Of a DNA stretch of 64,000 bases, positions 9,089-18,044 are shown piece after piece. Under the pieces are notes generated by a model. The model ran no database searches. It was given only the letters and a program-made list of their open reading frames with translations, and was not told where the DNA came from. This DNA comes from Patescibacteria group bacterium (GTDB lineage: Bacteria > Patescibacteriota > Microgenomatia > UBA1406 > HO2-37-13b), in contig DATDXN010000026.1 of assembly GCA_035289305.1 (NCBI GenBank), positions 8,731 to 72,730 on the forward strand, in the 5' to 3' direction. The number at the start of each line of letters is the position of its first letter. Positions within the stretch are counted from its first letter, which is position 1. Made by a program: the position numbers and the translations under genes.

Positions 9089-9742
9089 ATGAGAAAAAAA
9101 ATTGTTATCATATTGATTATTGTAGCCTTCATCCTTGCCGGCATCTCTATATACTTTTTCGTATCTTCCTCAAACCCGCAAACAAAAGAAGAAACTGCCT
9201 CGCCGGTCGGCGAAAATGAGACTGCACAAGGGGAAGCGAAACAACCGCCTTCAACCGCGCTTAAAGAATATACGCATGAGGCGGGTTTTACCTTCAGTTA
9301 TCCAGAATCCTTGACCATACAAGAAAAGCAAATACGAGATGAAGCAACATATGCTGATATTACTGTCTCATCTGGCGAGTCTTCTGGAGAAATTACCATA
9401 AAGGCAGAGGATAGTAAACTCAAAACTGCGAAAGAGTGGATAACCGCAAAAAAGATTGCTCCCATGCCAGAAGCAATCGAAAAAGTAGAGGTCGCAGACT
9501 TGAACGGAGAACAGTTTACGACCGCCACTCAAACGATCACGCTCGTTTTTGACCAGGGCATTCTCTTTAGTTTCATTCTCACAAATCCAGACAACGATCA
9601 AACCCTAGGGGTGGGCTACAAAACCATTACAGAAACATTTGCTTTTGTCGAAAAGGAAACGACTGAACAAACTACTTCTCAATCCCCAACGAGTGAAGGA
9701 GAAGAAGATATTATATCCGAGGAAGAAGAAATCATCGAATGA
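9089..9742 (+). CDS. membrane-anchored extracytoplasmic protein with acidic C-terminal tail, unknown function
   Basis: 217 aa. N-terminal anchor MRKKIVIILIIVAFILAGISIYFFV, a low-complexity linker, a GFTFSYPESL beta-rich domain and an EGEEDIISEEEEIIE tail. Confidence 0.55.
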   Translation: MRKKIVIILIIVAFILAGISIYFFVSSSNPQTKEETASPVGENETAQGEAKQPPSTALKEYTHEAGFTFSYPESLTIQEKQIRDEATYADITVSSGESSGEITIKAEDSKLKTAKEWITAKKIAPMPEAIEKVEVADLNGEQFTTATQTITLVFDQGILFSFILTNPDNDQTLGVGYKTITETFAFVEKETTEQTTSQSPTSEGEEDIISEEEEIIE

Positions 9743-9758
9743 AAAACTTCCAGGCTCT

Positions 9759-11027
9759 ATGCGAGGAATTACAACATTTATTTCGGGTAACGAGTTTTTG
9801 AAGGGTAGTTTTATTTTGACGGTTTTTACTTTTTTGGGAGGGTTTCTTAATTACCTATTCAATATGATGGTCGCCCGCGCGCTTGGACCTGCGGGTTTTG
9901 GCGAGATAGCGGCACTTTTCTCTTATCTCACCATTTTCTCTGTACCATTTGTCGTCATTTCCAAACTCGTCATCCAAAAAATAAGCAGCGTTGAAGAAAA
10001 TCGTTATCATTTTGTTTTTTCTCTAGAAAAATTTTTTTGGGAAAAACTAAGACGTTGGTATTTTTTATGGATTTTTTTGCTGCCAATCATATTTTTCCTT
10101 CCGTCTCTTACTAATCTTTCATATATAACCGCGTATAGTCTGCCTTTTTTACTGATATTATCTTTTTTTTCCTCCTTTTTTGCTTCCTCACTACAGGGAC
10201 TTCGGCTCTTTTTGCTGTTCGCGACCATAGATATCGTCTCCCTTGTCATAAAGCTTTTCGGAGCTGTTTTGGTGATGGCAGGGATAGATAGTATTACAAC
10301 TGTTATGGTATTCCTCTTCATATCCATGATCACTGCATTGGCGCTCAACTACCAGGCAATTCAGACAAATTTCAAGAAAAGGATCTTACATGAAATAGCT
10401 CCCCTTGAAGCTCGCCTTATTCATCTGGTAAAAAATAAACAATTCATTTTTGCGGCAACTTCTATACTCGCTATAACTTTTTTAAATAATATTGATGTCG
10501 CATTTGCCAAAAAATTCTTTTCTCCCTATGAGGCAGGTATTTACAGTAGTTGGTCCCTTACTGCCAAAGTCATGTGGTATATTTGCACCCCGCTTATTTC
10601 TGTCAGCTTTATTTATTTTTCCGAACCAAAAAATAGCCCTTTTCAAAAAAATGTTGGCCTCATTTCCACGGTGATTTTGGCAGCGGTCGGAATAGTGAGC
10701 TTTCTGGGCTATCGATTATTTGATAAACAAATTGTTATGCTGCTTTTTGGAAGTCGATTTTTGGGTGTGGCGCCGTTTTTGGGATATGCGAGCATTTTTG
10801 GGTTCTTTTATACGTGCACGCACTTTATCAATAGTTACTTTATGGCAAAAAAGAGTGTGTTTTCGCTTGCTTTACCAATCAGCATTCTTTTTTATATCTT
10901 ATTTCTTTTTCTTTTTGCCCGCAGCCTCGTTTTTATCATGAAGTTAAACGTTTTTTTCACTGCTGCCTTATTTTTTCTCCACATTATTCTTCTTTTGCGA
11001 AACGCGAAGACTCATCTGCTACAATAG
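9759..11027 (+). CDS. polysaccharide/oligosaccharide flippase, MOP (Wzx-like) family
   Basis: About 12 hydrophobic segments. The N-terminus LKGSFILTVFTFLGGFLNYLFNMMVARALGPAGFGEIAA is typical of polysaccharide biosynthesis (Wzx/RfbX) proteins. The start is moved to the ATG at 9759 because the 9639 start overlaps the previous gene and encodes a basic non-membrane leader. Confidence 0.6.
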   Translation: MRGITTFISGNEFLKGSFILTVFTFLGGFLNYLFNMMVARALGPAGFGEIAALFSYLTIFSVPFVVISKLVIQKISSVEENRYHFVFSLEKFFWEKLRRWYFLWIFLLPIIFFLPSLTNLSYITAYSLPFLLILSFFSSFFASSLQGLRLFLLFATIDIVSLVIKLFGAVLVMAGIDSITTVMVFLFISMITALALNYQAIQTNFKKRILHEIAPLEARLIHLVKNKQFIFAATSILAITFLNNIDVAFAKKFFSPYEAGIYSSWSLTAKVMWYICTPLISVSFIYFSEPKNSPFQKNVGLISTVILAAVGIVSFLGYRLFDKQIVMLLFGSRFLGVAPFLGYASIFGFFYTCTHFINSYFMAKKSVFSLALPISILFYILFLFLFARSLVFIMKLNVFFTAALFFLHIILLLRNAKTHLLQ

Positions 11028-11036
11028 AAGCGATAT

Positions 11037-11834
11037 ATGATGATGAAAAAATCGAGAAACAATCTCTTTTTCTTCTTTAAATATCGCGAGTTGCTTTTTA
11101 ATCTCACCTATCGAGAGATAGCACAGCGATACAAACAGTCAGTCTTGGGATACGCATGGGTCATCATAAATCCACTCTCTCAACTTATTGTGCTTACTTT
11201 TGTATTTTCGACAGTTCTCAAAATTCCCTCCCTTGGCGTCCCTTTTATCATTTTTTTGGCGATAGGACTTCTGCCGTGGAATCTATTCACTCAAAGTCTT
11301 TCAACCTCCACTGGCGCCCTTATTTCACACAGTAACTTGATCACCAAAATTTATTTTCCCCGTGAAATACTTATATACTCTGCGATTCTCGCAAAAATTG
11401 TTGATTTTATTTTTGCCTGTCTGATCATTATTTTTTTTCTTTTTATATTCAAAGTAAAAGTTACCCTCATGTTTTTGTGGGTGCCGGCGATTTTTTTTGT
11501 TCAACTTCTTTTTATGACGGGATTATCTCTTATATCTGCTGCCTTTAATTTATTCTATCGCGATATACAATATCTGTTGCAGCTTATGTTACTGCTCTGG
11601 ATGTATGTGACTCCGATCATGTACCCTGTCGAACTTATCCCCGATAGATTTAGATTTGCACTCTCGCTCAATCCCATGTCAGTTATCGTGAATGCGTATC
11701 GCCAGGTTATCTTGGCGGGAAAACCACCCAATTTTCAAAGTCTTCTCATTGGACTCATCACGTCGCTTATTGTATTTTTGTTGGGCTTTGTAATTTTTAA
11801 AAAATTAGAGGGGCAATTTGCAGATTATGTCTAA
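11037..11834 (+). CDS. ABC-2 type polysaccharide/teichoic-acid exporter permease (Wzm/TagG-like)
   Basis: 265 aa with six hydrophobic segments. The N-terminal YRELLFNLTYREIAQRYKQSVLGYAWVIINPL block is typical of Wzm/KpsM/TagG. Three consecutive ATGs (11037-11045) make the exact start ambiguous. Confidence 0.85.
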   Translation: MMMKKSRNNLFFFFKYRELLFNLTYREIAQRYKQSVLGYAWVIINPLSQLIVLTFVFSTVLKIPSLGVPFIIFLAIGLLPWNLFTQSLSTSTGALISHSNLITKIYFPREILIYSAILAKIVDFIFACLIIIFFLFIFKVKVTLMFLWVPAIFFVQLLFMTGLSLISAAFNLFYRDIQYLLQLMLLLWMYVTPIMYPVELIPDRFRFALSLNPMSVIVNAYRQVILAGKPPNFQSLLIGLITSLIVFLLGFVIFKKLEGQFADYV

Positions 11835-12564
11835 TACAGCAAAAACCATTATTATCTGTCACAATGTGACAAAACAATATAACCTTAATAAGCAAAAGAC
11901 ATTTAAAGAGTTTCTTCCTGCTTTTTTCACGAGAAGAGCAACAAAAACCAAACTCAATGCGCTTAAAAGTATACATTTTAGTATCACGCGTGGGGAGTCT
12001 CTCGCAATTATTGGTAGAAATGGCTCGGGCAAATCAACACTGCTCAAGCTCATTGCCGGAGTAACACTACCAACCGCTGGAGAATTAATTGTTAATGGCA
12101 TAGTCGCTCCTCTGATAGAACTTGGAGCGGGATTTCATCCCGAGCTTACGGGCAAAGAAAATGTGTATTTAAACGGCGCCATCTTGGGAATTAAAAAGAA
12201 AGAAATGGATACTCTCTATAAAAAAATCGTTGAATTCTCTGCGCTGCATGATTTTATGGACCAACCTATCAAATTTTACTCCTCTGGAATGTATATGAGG
12301 CTCGCGTTTGCCGTGGCAGTTGCCAAAATACCCGACATTCTCCTTTTGGATGAAATTTTGGCGGTTGGCGATAGTGATTTTCAAAAAAAATGCTTCTCCA
12401 AAATACAAGAATTTCAGCAAAAGGGATCAACTATCATCTTGGTCACGCACAACATAGAACAAGCGAAACGACACTGCAGATTAGGACTAGTACTTCATCA
12501 AGGTGAACAACTATTTTTTGGGAGAGTTGAGCAAGCTATCGCACTATATGAAAAAGAAAAATAG
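11818..12564 (+). CDS. ABC exporter ATP-binding protein (Wzt/TagH-like, short form without C-terminal glycan-binding domain)
   Basis: Walker A GRNGSGKST, signature-like YSSGMYMRLAFA, Walker B ILLLDE. Overlaps the permease gene by 17 nt. Confidence 0.85.
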   Translation: MQIMSNTAKTIIICHNVTKQYNLNKQKTFKEFLPAFFTRRATKTKLNALKSIHFSITRGESLAIIGRNGSGKSTLLKLIAGVTLPTAGELIVNGIVAPLIELGAGFHPELTGKENVYLNGAILGIKKKEMDTLYKKIVEFSALHDFMDQPIKFYSSGMYMRLAFAVAVAKIPDILLLDEILAVGDSDFQKKCFSKIQEFQQKGSTIILVTHNIEQAKRHCRLGLVLHQGEQLFFGRVEQAIALYEKEK

Positions 12565-13393
12565 CGAGATAACTGCAGTCATACCAACCTATACGAATAT
12601 ATCTGGACTGCGAAAACTTATCCTCACCCTTTCATCAATGGGTATCCCGAGCATTATCGTTGACAATCAGCCAACACAAGAAAAAGAAGATATGGCGAAA
12701 AAATATTCTGCAATCTATCTACCACAACTTACCAATCGAGGCTTTGGTTTTGCCGTTAATAGGGGAGTGGAGCGAGTCAACAGCCAGTGGATTGTGATAC
12801 TCAACGACGATATAGAAATACAAGATAAAAGACTCTTTGAGAGGATGCTTGACTATGCAGAAAAAAACAATTTTATCGCGGTAAGCCCAGTTCTCAAAAA
12901 ACCAAACGGAAACGTAGAAAATCTGGGGTACAAAGTACTACCCTTTGGCAGAGTAGAACTGATCAAAGACGTTACCCAAAACGAGCTTGACGGCCTCACT
13001 GCTGCATGTTTACTGATAAAAAAAGCAGTATTTTCGTCAATTGGCGGATTTGACGAGCGATTTTTCGCTTATCTTGAAGATGTTGATCTTTTTCTGAAAC
13101 TCAAAAGAAGAGGAGAGAAATTTGGCATTTGTTTGGAGGAAGAAGCAATTCATAATCATATGACCACTTCATCAAGAATGGGAAATTTCAAAGAAATGCA
13201 GGATGTAAAAAACTGGTATTTGGTAATTTTCAATAACTGGAATGCAAAAACGATGATAAAACATTTTCCCTCTATACTTCTGGAGCGCATCCGCAATCTT
13301 TCAGGGCTTGTGAAGAAAACAGTGAAAGTGTATATGATACAATTTCATAAATTCCGGTTGAATCGGAATAAAAAATATGAACATCGCCTTTGA
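12548..13393 (+). CDS. glycosyltransferase family 2 (cytoplasmic, rhamnosyltransferase-like architecture)
   Basis: AVIPTYTN start of the GT-A fold, IVDNQPT, ILNDDIEI (DxD-type) and a later AYLEDVDL. The start at ATG 12548 is preferred over 12503. Confidence 0.8.
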   Translation: MKKKNSEITAVIPTYTNISGLRKLILTLSSMGIPSIIVDNQPTQEKEDMAKKYSAIYLPQLTNRGFGFAVNRGVERVNSQWIVILNDDIEIQDKRLFERMLDYAEKNNFIAVSPVLKKPNGNVENLGYKVLPFGRVELIKDVTQNELDGLTAACLLIKKAVFSSIGGFDERFFAYLEDVDLFLKLKRRGEKFGICLEEEAIHNHMTTSSRMGNFKEMQDVKNWYLVIFNNWNAKTMIKHFPSILLERIRNLSGLVKKTVKVYMIQFHKFRLNRNKKYEHRL

Positions 13394-14690
13394 AATAAGT
13401 CCGCTTATCACTGCCTCCGGAAGCTTTGGGGATAAATCAGGAGTGTATAGATATACCTACGGCCTCATCCGATCTCTGGTTAAGACCCTCAAAGAGGAAA
13501 ATAAAAAGACAAAAATCCTTCTTTTTACCTTCAATATGGATCTTTTGAAACAGCCGATCAATCCTGAAATTTTGGAGCTCCTTGACGGAGATCATATCAA
13601 ATTACTTGATCAGTATCCAAAAATCAATCCTATAACTCTTGAGGATCACGGGATTTTTGACAATGCGTTCCTCAAAATATGTGCAAAAGTAATAGATGCA
13701 ATGACCAATGCTAAAAAATTGTATATAGATTACGTCAATAGAAAACGCTTTCATATATATACTACATTTCTGACGAAAGAATTTAAAAAAAATAAAATAA
13801 ACATTATTTTTCACTCGCAAACTGGTTTTTTTCCCATGACAGGGTTTAAAAATTGTACAACGGTCTATGATTTAACTCCGATTTTCATGAGTGAATTTCA
13901 CCGAGAAGAAACAAATGATTTGCATAAAAGAAAACTCGTCTTTGCGCGTCGTTTTTGTGATGGGATTACCTGCATAAGCAACTCGACAAAAAAAGATCTC
14001 CTGCGTTACTCGCCCCATTTTAGAAATAAAAAAATAATCGTAGGATATCCGGGACTTGATCCGCATTTTGAGAACAATATCAATTCTATTAATGATCATA
14101 ATAAACGTTTTTTTCCTCTACTGAAGAATACGTACAAAAAATATTTGCTCTACTATGGCACTTTTGAACCAAGGAAAAATTTAGCATATCTCACCAAAGC
14201 CTTTGCTGATCTGAAAAAAAAAGGAGAGATTCCGCAAGATTTTGGACTAGTTTTGACAGGTGGCGATGGGTGGGGAGGAGTAAAAAATAGTATCGTCGCA
14301 TTTATCAAAGAAAATTTTATCACACATAGAAATAAATCGATTGTCGTACTTGATTATGTAAATGATACGCATCTTCTTCAACTCATAAAAAATGCGTACG
14401 CAGTTGTGTATCCAAGTCTCTACGAAGGGTTTGGACTACCTGTTTTGGAGAGTATGGCTGTGGGAACACCCGTGATATGTTCAAATAATTCTTCACTTCC
14501 CGAGGTTGGAGGGAAAGCGGCTTTGTATGTACAGGCGACTAATTTTTTTGATATTAAACATAAAATAAAGCATCTTGTCAGTCATCCACGTTTAGCACAA
14601 GAACTCTCGCAAAAAGGTATCATGCAAAGTAAAAAATTCACGTGGGAAAAAACCGCGCATAAAGCGTTACGCCTTTTGGACGGGCTTTAA
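13377..14690 (+). CDS. glycosyltransferase family 4 (GT-B, retaining type)
   Basis: C-terminal half has [35 protein letters not shown] (the E-x7-E motif). Confidence 0.85.
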   Translation: MNIAFEISPLITASGSFGDKSGVYRYTYGLIRSLVKTLKEENKKTKILLFTFNMDLLKQPINPEILELLDGDHIKLLDQYPKINPITLEDHGIFDNAFLKICAKVIDAMTNAKKLYIDYVNRKRFHIYTTFLTKEFKKNKINIIFHSQTGFFPMTGFKNCTTVYDLTPIFMSEFHREETNDLHKRKLVFARRFCDGITCISNSTKKDLLRYSPHFRNKKIIVGYPGLDPHFENNINSINDHNKRFFPLLKNTYKKYLLYYGTFEPRKNLAYLTKAFADLKKKGEIPQDFGLVLTGGDGWGGVKNSIVAFIKENFITHRNKSIVVLDYVNDTHLLQLIKNAYAVVYPSLYEGFGLPVLESMAVGTPVICSNNSSLPEVGGKAALYVQATNFFDIKHKIKHLVSHPRLAQELSQKGIMQSKKFTWEKTAHKALRLLDGL

Positions 14691-14692
14691 CT

Positions 14693-15826
14693 ATGAAAAT
14701 CGGCGTTGATATCTCCATGCTTGTGTATCGGGGATCGGGGGTTGCAACATATAGCTATAACTTGGTGAAAAATCTCCTGATATATGAGAAAAATCATGAA
14801 TATCGTCTCTTTTATAGCTCGTTGCGCCGTCTCGAAAACTTTTCAGTCCTTGATGAGTTTCGAGAATTGGGGGGGAAAGTGTATGACTTCCGTTTTCCCC
14901 CAAGAGTAATCAAATACTTTTGGAATAGCCATCATATTTTTCCGGTTGAGTGGTTTATCGGAAAAGTGCATATATTCCATTCTTCTGATTTTTTGCGACC
15001 GCCACTTCTTGAAGGGACGAAAGGAATAACAACCATTCATGACCTGACATGGAAAATATACCCTCAATTTCATACAGAGGATATAATCGCGGCACATGAA
15101 AAGAAACTCGAAAAAACGATTGCTTCTCACGACACGATCATTGTTGACTCACGCAACACAAAAAAAGATTTGTTAAAGTATTACCCGACTATAGAAAAAT
15201 CAAATACAATATATGTTTTATATCCAGGCGTTGATGGACGTTTTAAGCCAATAGAAAATCAAAAAAAAATCAAAAAAGTCTTAGAGAGATATCATCTCCA
15301 ATACCCGCAAAAATATCTTCTCTATGTCGGAGCGATTGAACCCAGGAAAAATCTCCTCGGAGCAGTAAAGGTATATGAAGAATTGATACGAGATCAAAAT
15401 TATGCCGATTATGTGTTTTTAATCATCGGTAAAACCGGATGGAAAAATGAATCTTTTTTCAGATATGTAGAAAAAAGAAGACTCCACCAAAAAGTCATTT
15501 TTGTTGGATATGTTGAGGATGATGATCTTCCCTATTTTTACAGTGGTGCATCTGTTCTTGTATATTTGAGTTTGTACGAAGGTTTTGGATTACCACCGCT
15601 TGAGGCAGCCCGTTGTGGAACTCTCTCCTTACTATACAAAAACTCTTCCTTGCTGGAAATATTTCCTTCTTCTTATCAGTTTGCTGTACTCGGGAACGAA
15701 ATATCTACCTTGAAACAGATTTTGAAAAACCCCAAAAAAATCAGTAAACAGTGGTTTGATCAGTTTAGCTGGAAATTGTATGCACGACAGTTCATTCAAT
15801 TATGTCACAATGAGTTGGAATCTTGA
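14693..15826 (+). CDS. glycosyltransferase family 4 (GT-B)
   Basis: [21 protein letters not shown]-x7-E motif. Paralogous in layout to the preceding gene. Confidence 0.85.
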   Translation: MKIGVDISMLVYRGSGVATYSYNLVKNLLIYEKNHEYRLFYSSLRRLENFSVLDEFRELGGKVYDFRFPPRVIKYFWNSHHIFPVEWFIGKVHIFHSSDFLRPPLLEGTKGITTIHDLTWKIYPQFHTEDIIAAHEKKLEKTIASHDTIIVDSRNTKKDLLKYYPTIEKSNTIYVLYPGVDGRFKPIENQKKIKKVLERYHLQYPQKYLLYVGAIEPRKNLLGAVKVYEELIRDQNYADYVFLIIGKTGWKNESFFRYVEKRRLHQKVIFVGYVEDDDLPYFYSGASVLVYLSLYEGFGLPPLEAARCGTLSLLYKNSSLLEIFPSSYQFAVLGNEISTLKQILKNPKKISKQWFDQFSWKLYARQFIQLCHNELES

Positions 15827-18033
15827 AAAGATACCGTATAGAGAAATGCCGAAAGATCTCGCTTATCCAAGTTTTTGGGAAAAACATCAGCTGGTTTTAT
15901 CGTGTCTGAAAATTTAAAAACGAGCCGATTGATGCCTTTTACCATGTGTGTATTGATAACAAATGAGTAGGTTTTTGGGTCTTTCTGCAAAAGAATTTCC
16001 GTGGTTTTACTTTTGTTGATGTATATCTCCATTTTCTGATTTTCAACGAGCGTATATGCCCGAAATTGCACGTTAATAGAGCTCGTATTATTAGTTTTAA
16101 ACAACATACGCGCTCTTTTACCCACCACCCACCTCCCTGTAGGTTCCGCAGCAGTCCATCCTTCTGTCAGGTATAAATCACTGTGCTTACTTTCCAAGTC
16201 TATTTTTGATGGTGAGAGAGAATATTCTTCATTTTTTTTGTACAACAATAGATATCCATGATCTTCCATAACTTTCTGAAATCCTATATGAGAAAAGAGA
16301 GCATACGCTGTTTTTGAGTAAACTTCATCTGTCTTAAGCAGAATATAGTGAATATCAAAAAATTCAATTGACCGAGTTATCTCTTTTTGTGCCTTTTCTG
16401 TTATTGTTTTCTCTTGCATGTTTGGTTTATTGATAAGCCGATCTATAGATCCAAAAAGAGGATCATTTTTGTAATAATCAAAAATATCATCTCTGATACG
16501 GCCGCCATAGAGGCTGAAGATTTTTTGACCGTGCTTGAGTTGTGCCGTAGGCAACCATATCGAATTATAATCTCCCTGAAATCTCAATCCGTCTCGAACA
16601 GAAAAAGGAACCTCAAGGAGTGGTCCTTTTCCATGAGACTGTATATATGTATATATCTTTGGGGGTATAACTCTAAAATTTGGCATTGGTAAAACAGCCG
16701 TATACGATTGATCAAGAAAAAAAATGAGGATCAGGTTCAAAAAAAATAAATTCCTGCTTATTTTTACTTTGAGTTTATTTTTTGCAACATCATCAATGAC
16801 GAAAGCGGCGATAATTGTTGCAAGAAATATAAACGGAACGATAAATCTGCCCGGCGAACGGGCCATATTGAAATAAGGCGTGATATGGAGAACCAGATAG
16901 GGTAAAGGAATAGGAAATTTTCTACCCAAAATGTGTAGGAAAGGGCCTAAGGCGAGAATCCAAAAAAAAATACTTATGACAAAAAAAGGCCACATTTTTT
17001 TTATCACTGATTGAGTAATTTGTTTTTTATAAAAAATAAAATAAAAATATGTTCCTAAAATCAAAAAACCCGGATAAATAAAGTTTTCAAAACTTGGCTT
17101 CATAAAAGACATATAATGTAAAGTTATAAATTGGAAAAACTCACCATATATAGGATTTGCACTTCCTGGCATAAAAATACTTATCAAATCAGCAGAATAC
17201 GTTATACTATCAATGAAACTCACCGCATATACACGGTAGCCAAATAAAAAACTTTCATGCACCTTCATAAACCATGGGAATAAAAGAAATCCTATTGTTC
17301 CAAGTGAGATAAAGACCCACGGAAACAGTTGACGTAACCCGCGTAAAAGTTTCACTCTATCAAAAATAAGGAGAAAGATGGAGAAAGAAAAGCACAAAAA
17401 GGCTATCATGAGAGTATAATAAAGATTGGTAAGCACCGATACACAACAGATTATTCCAAGCAAAAATGCCCAAAATACCTTATTTTTTTTATTTTTGGTC
17501 TCCTTCATACAAAGGGCAAATAGGAAAAAAAGCGAGAATAGATAGAGAGCAAGATACGTGGGATGACCAAAACGGATAACCATAAATGGTGCATAACCAA
17601 AAACCAGACTCATTATGAAGGAGGTTCGCTTACTGACAGTAAGACGCCTCAATAACATATACATACTGATATTTGAAACAAAGATGCTGAAAAGCACAAT
17701 GAATGCAAAAGACTGATGTACGGTAAAAAAAGGTCTGGTAAAGAGAAAATAAAAACCGTTGATTGGTGCCATATCCTCGAGGGCAAAATTCCACCCAAAA
17801 GGATACAGAACCTGCGTGATATCGCTGAAAGGATTTTTTCCTGAAAGAATATTTTTCCTTATTGTCTCCGCTACGTATTCGTAAATCGGCCACTCACCAA
17901 AAATCCCAATTCGATCTGGTAACTCTTTCAATATCAACTGTTGCCAAACGTAAAAATTGAATAAAAAATTTGTCCCCACATAAAAAAAGATTATTATCAA
18001 AAGATAAAATTTTGACTTGAAAAAATTAGACAT
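15805..18033 (-). CDS. family A giant polytopic membrane protein (A1); putative GT-C-like extracytoplasmic glycosyltransferase with C-terminal beta-rich module
   Basis: 742 aa. Shares the blocks ILSGKNPF, YPFGW, FENFIYPG, LGPFLH, ARSPGRFIVPF and EVPFSVRDGL with ORFs at 23440, 27510 and 39251. C-terminal GWTAAEPTGRW module. The function is inferred, not recognised. Confidence 0.6.
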   Translation of the reverse strand: MSNFFKSKFYLLIIIFFYVGTNFLFNFYVWQQLILKELPDRIGIFGEWPIYEYVAETIRKNILSGKNPFSDITQVLYPFGWNFALEDMAPINGFYFLFTRPFFTVHQSFAFIVLFSIFVSNISMYMLLRRLTVSKRTSFIMSLVFGYAPFMVIRFGHPTYLALYLFSLFFLFALCMKETKNKKNKVFWAFLLGIICCVSVLTNLYYTLMIAFLCFSFSIFLLIFDRVKLLRGLRQLFPWVFISLGTIGFLLFPWFMKVHESFLFGYRVYAVSFIDSITYSADLISIFMPGSANPIYGEFFQFITLHYMSFMKPSFENFIYPGFLILGTYFYFIFYKKQITQSVIKKMWPFFVISIFFWILALGPFLHILGRKFPIPLPYLVLHITPYFNMARSPGRFIVPFIFLATIIAAFVIDDVAKNKLKVKISRNLFFLNLILIFFLDQSYTAVLPMPNFRVIPPKIYTYIQSHGKGPLLEVPFSVRDGLRFQGDYNSIWLPTAQLKHGQKIFSLYGGRIRDDIFDYYKNDPLFGSIDRLINKPNMQEKTITEKAQKEITRSIEFFDIHYILLKTDEVYSKTAYALFSHIGFQKVMEDHGYLLLYKKNEEYSLSPSKIDLESKHSDLYLTEGWTAAEPTGRWVVGKRARMLFKTNNTSSINVQFRAYTLVENQKMEIYINKSKTTEILLQKDPKTYSFVINTHMVKGINRLVFKFSDTIKPADVFPKNLDKRDLSAFLYTVSFQDSNSL

Positions 18034-18044
18034 AGCAGCTTATT

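Noticed and set aside
9639-9758. Upstream extension of the flippase ORF (start at 9639)
   Set aside because: It overlaps the 3' end of the 217-aa gene by about 100 nt and encodes a basic non-membrane leader. The ATG at 9759 gives a normal flippase N-terminus.
10007-10348. 113-aa minus-strand ORF inside the flippase gene
   Set aside because: It is antisense to a membrane-protein ORF with consistent TM periodicity, and its own translation is K/S-rich without features.
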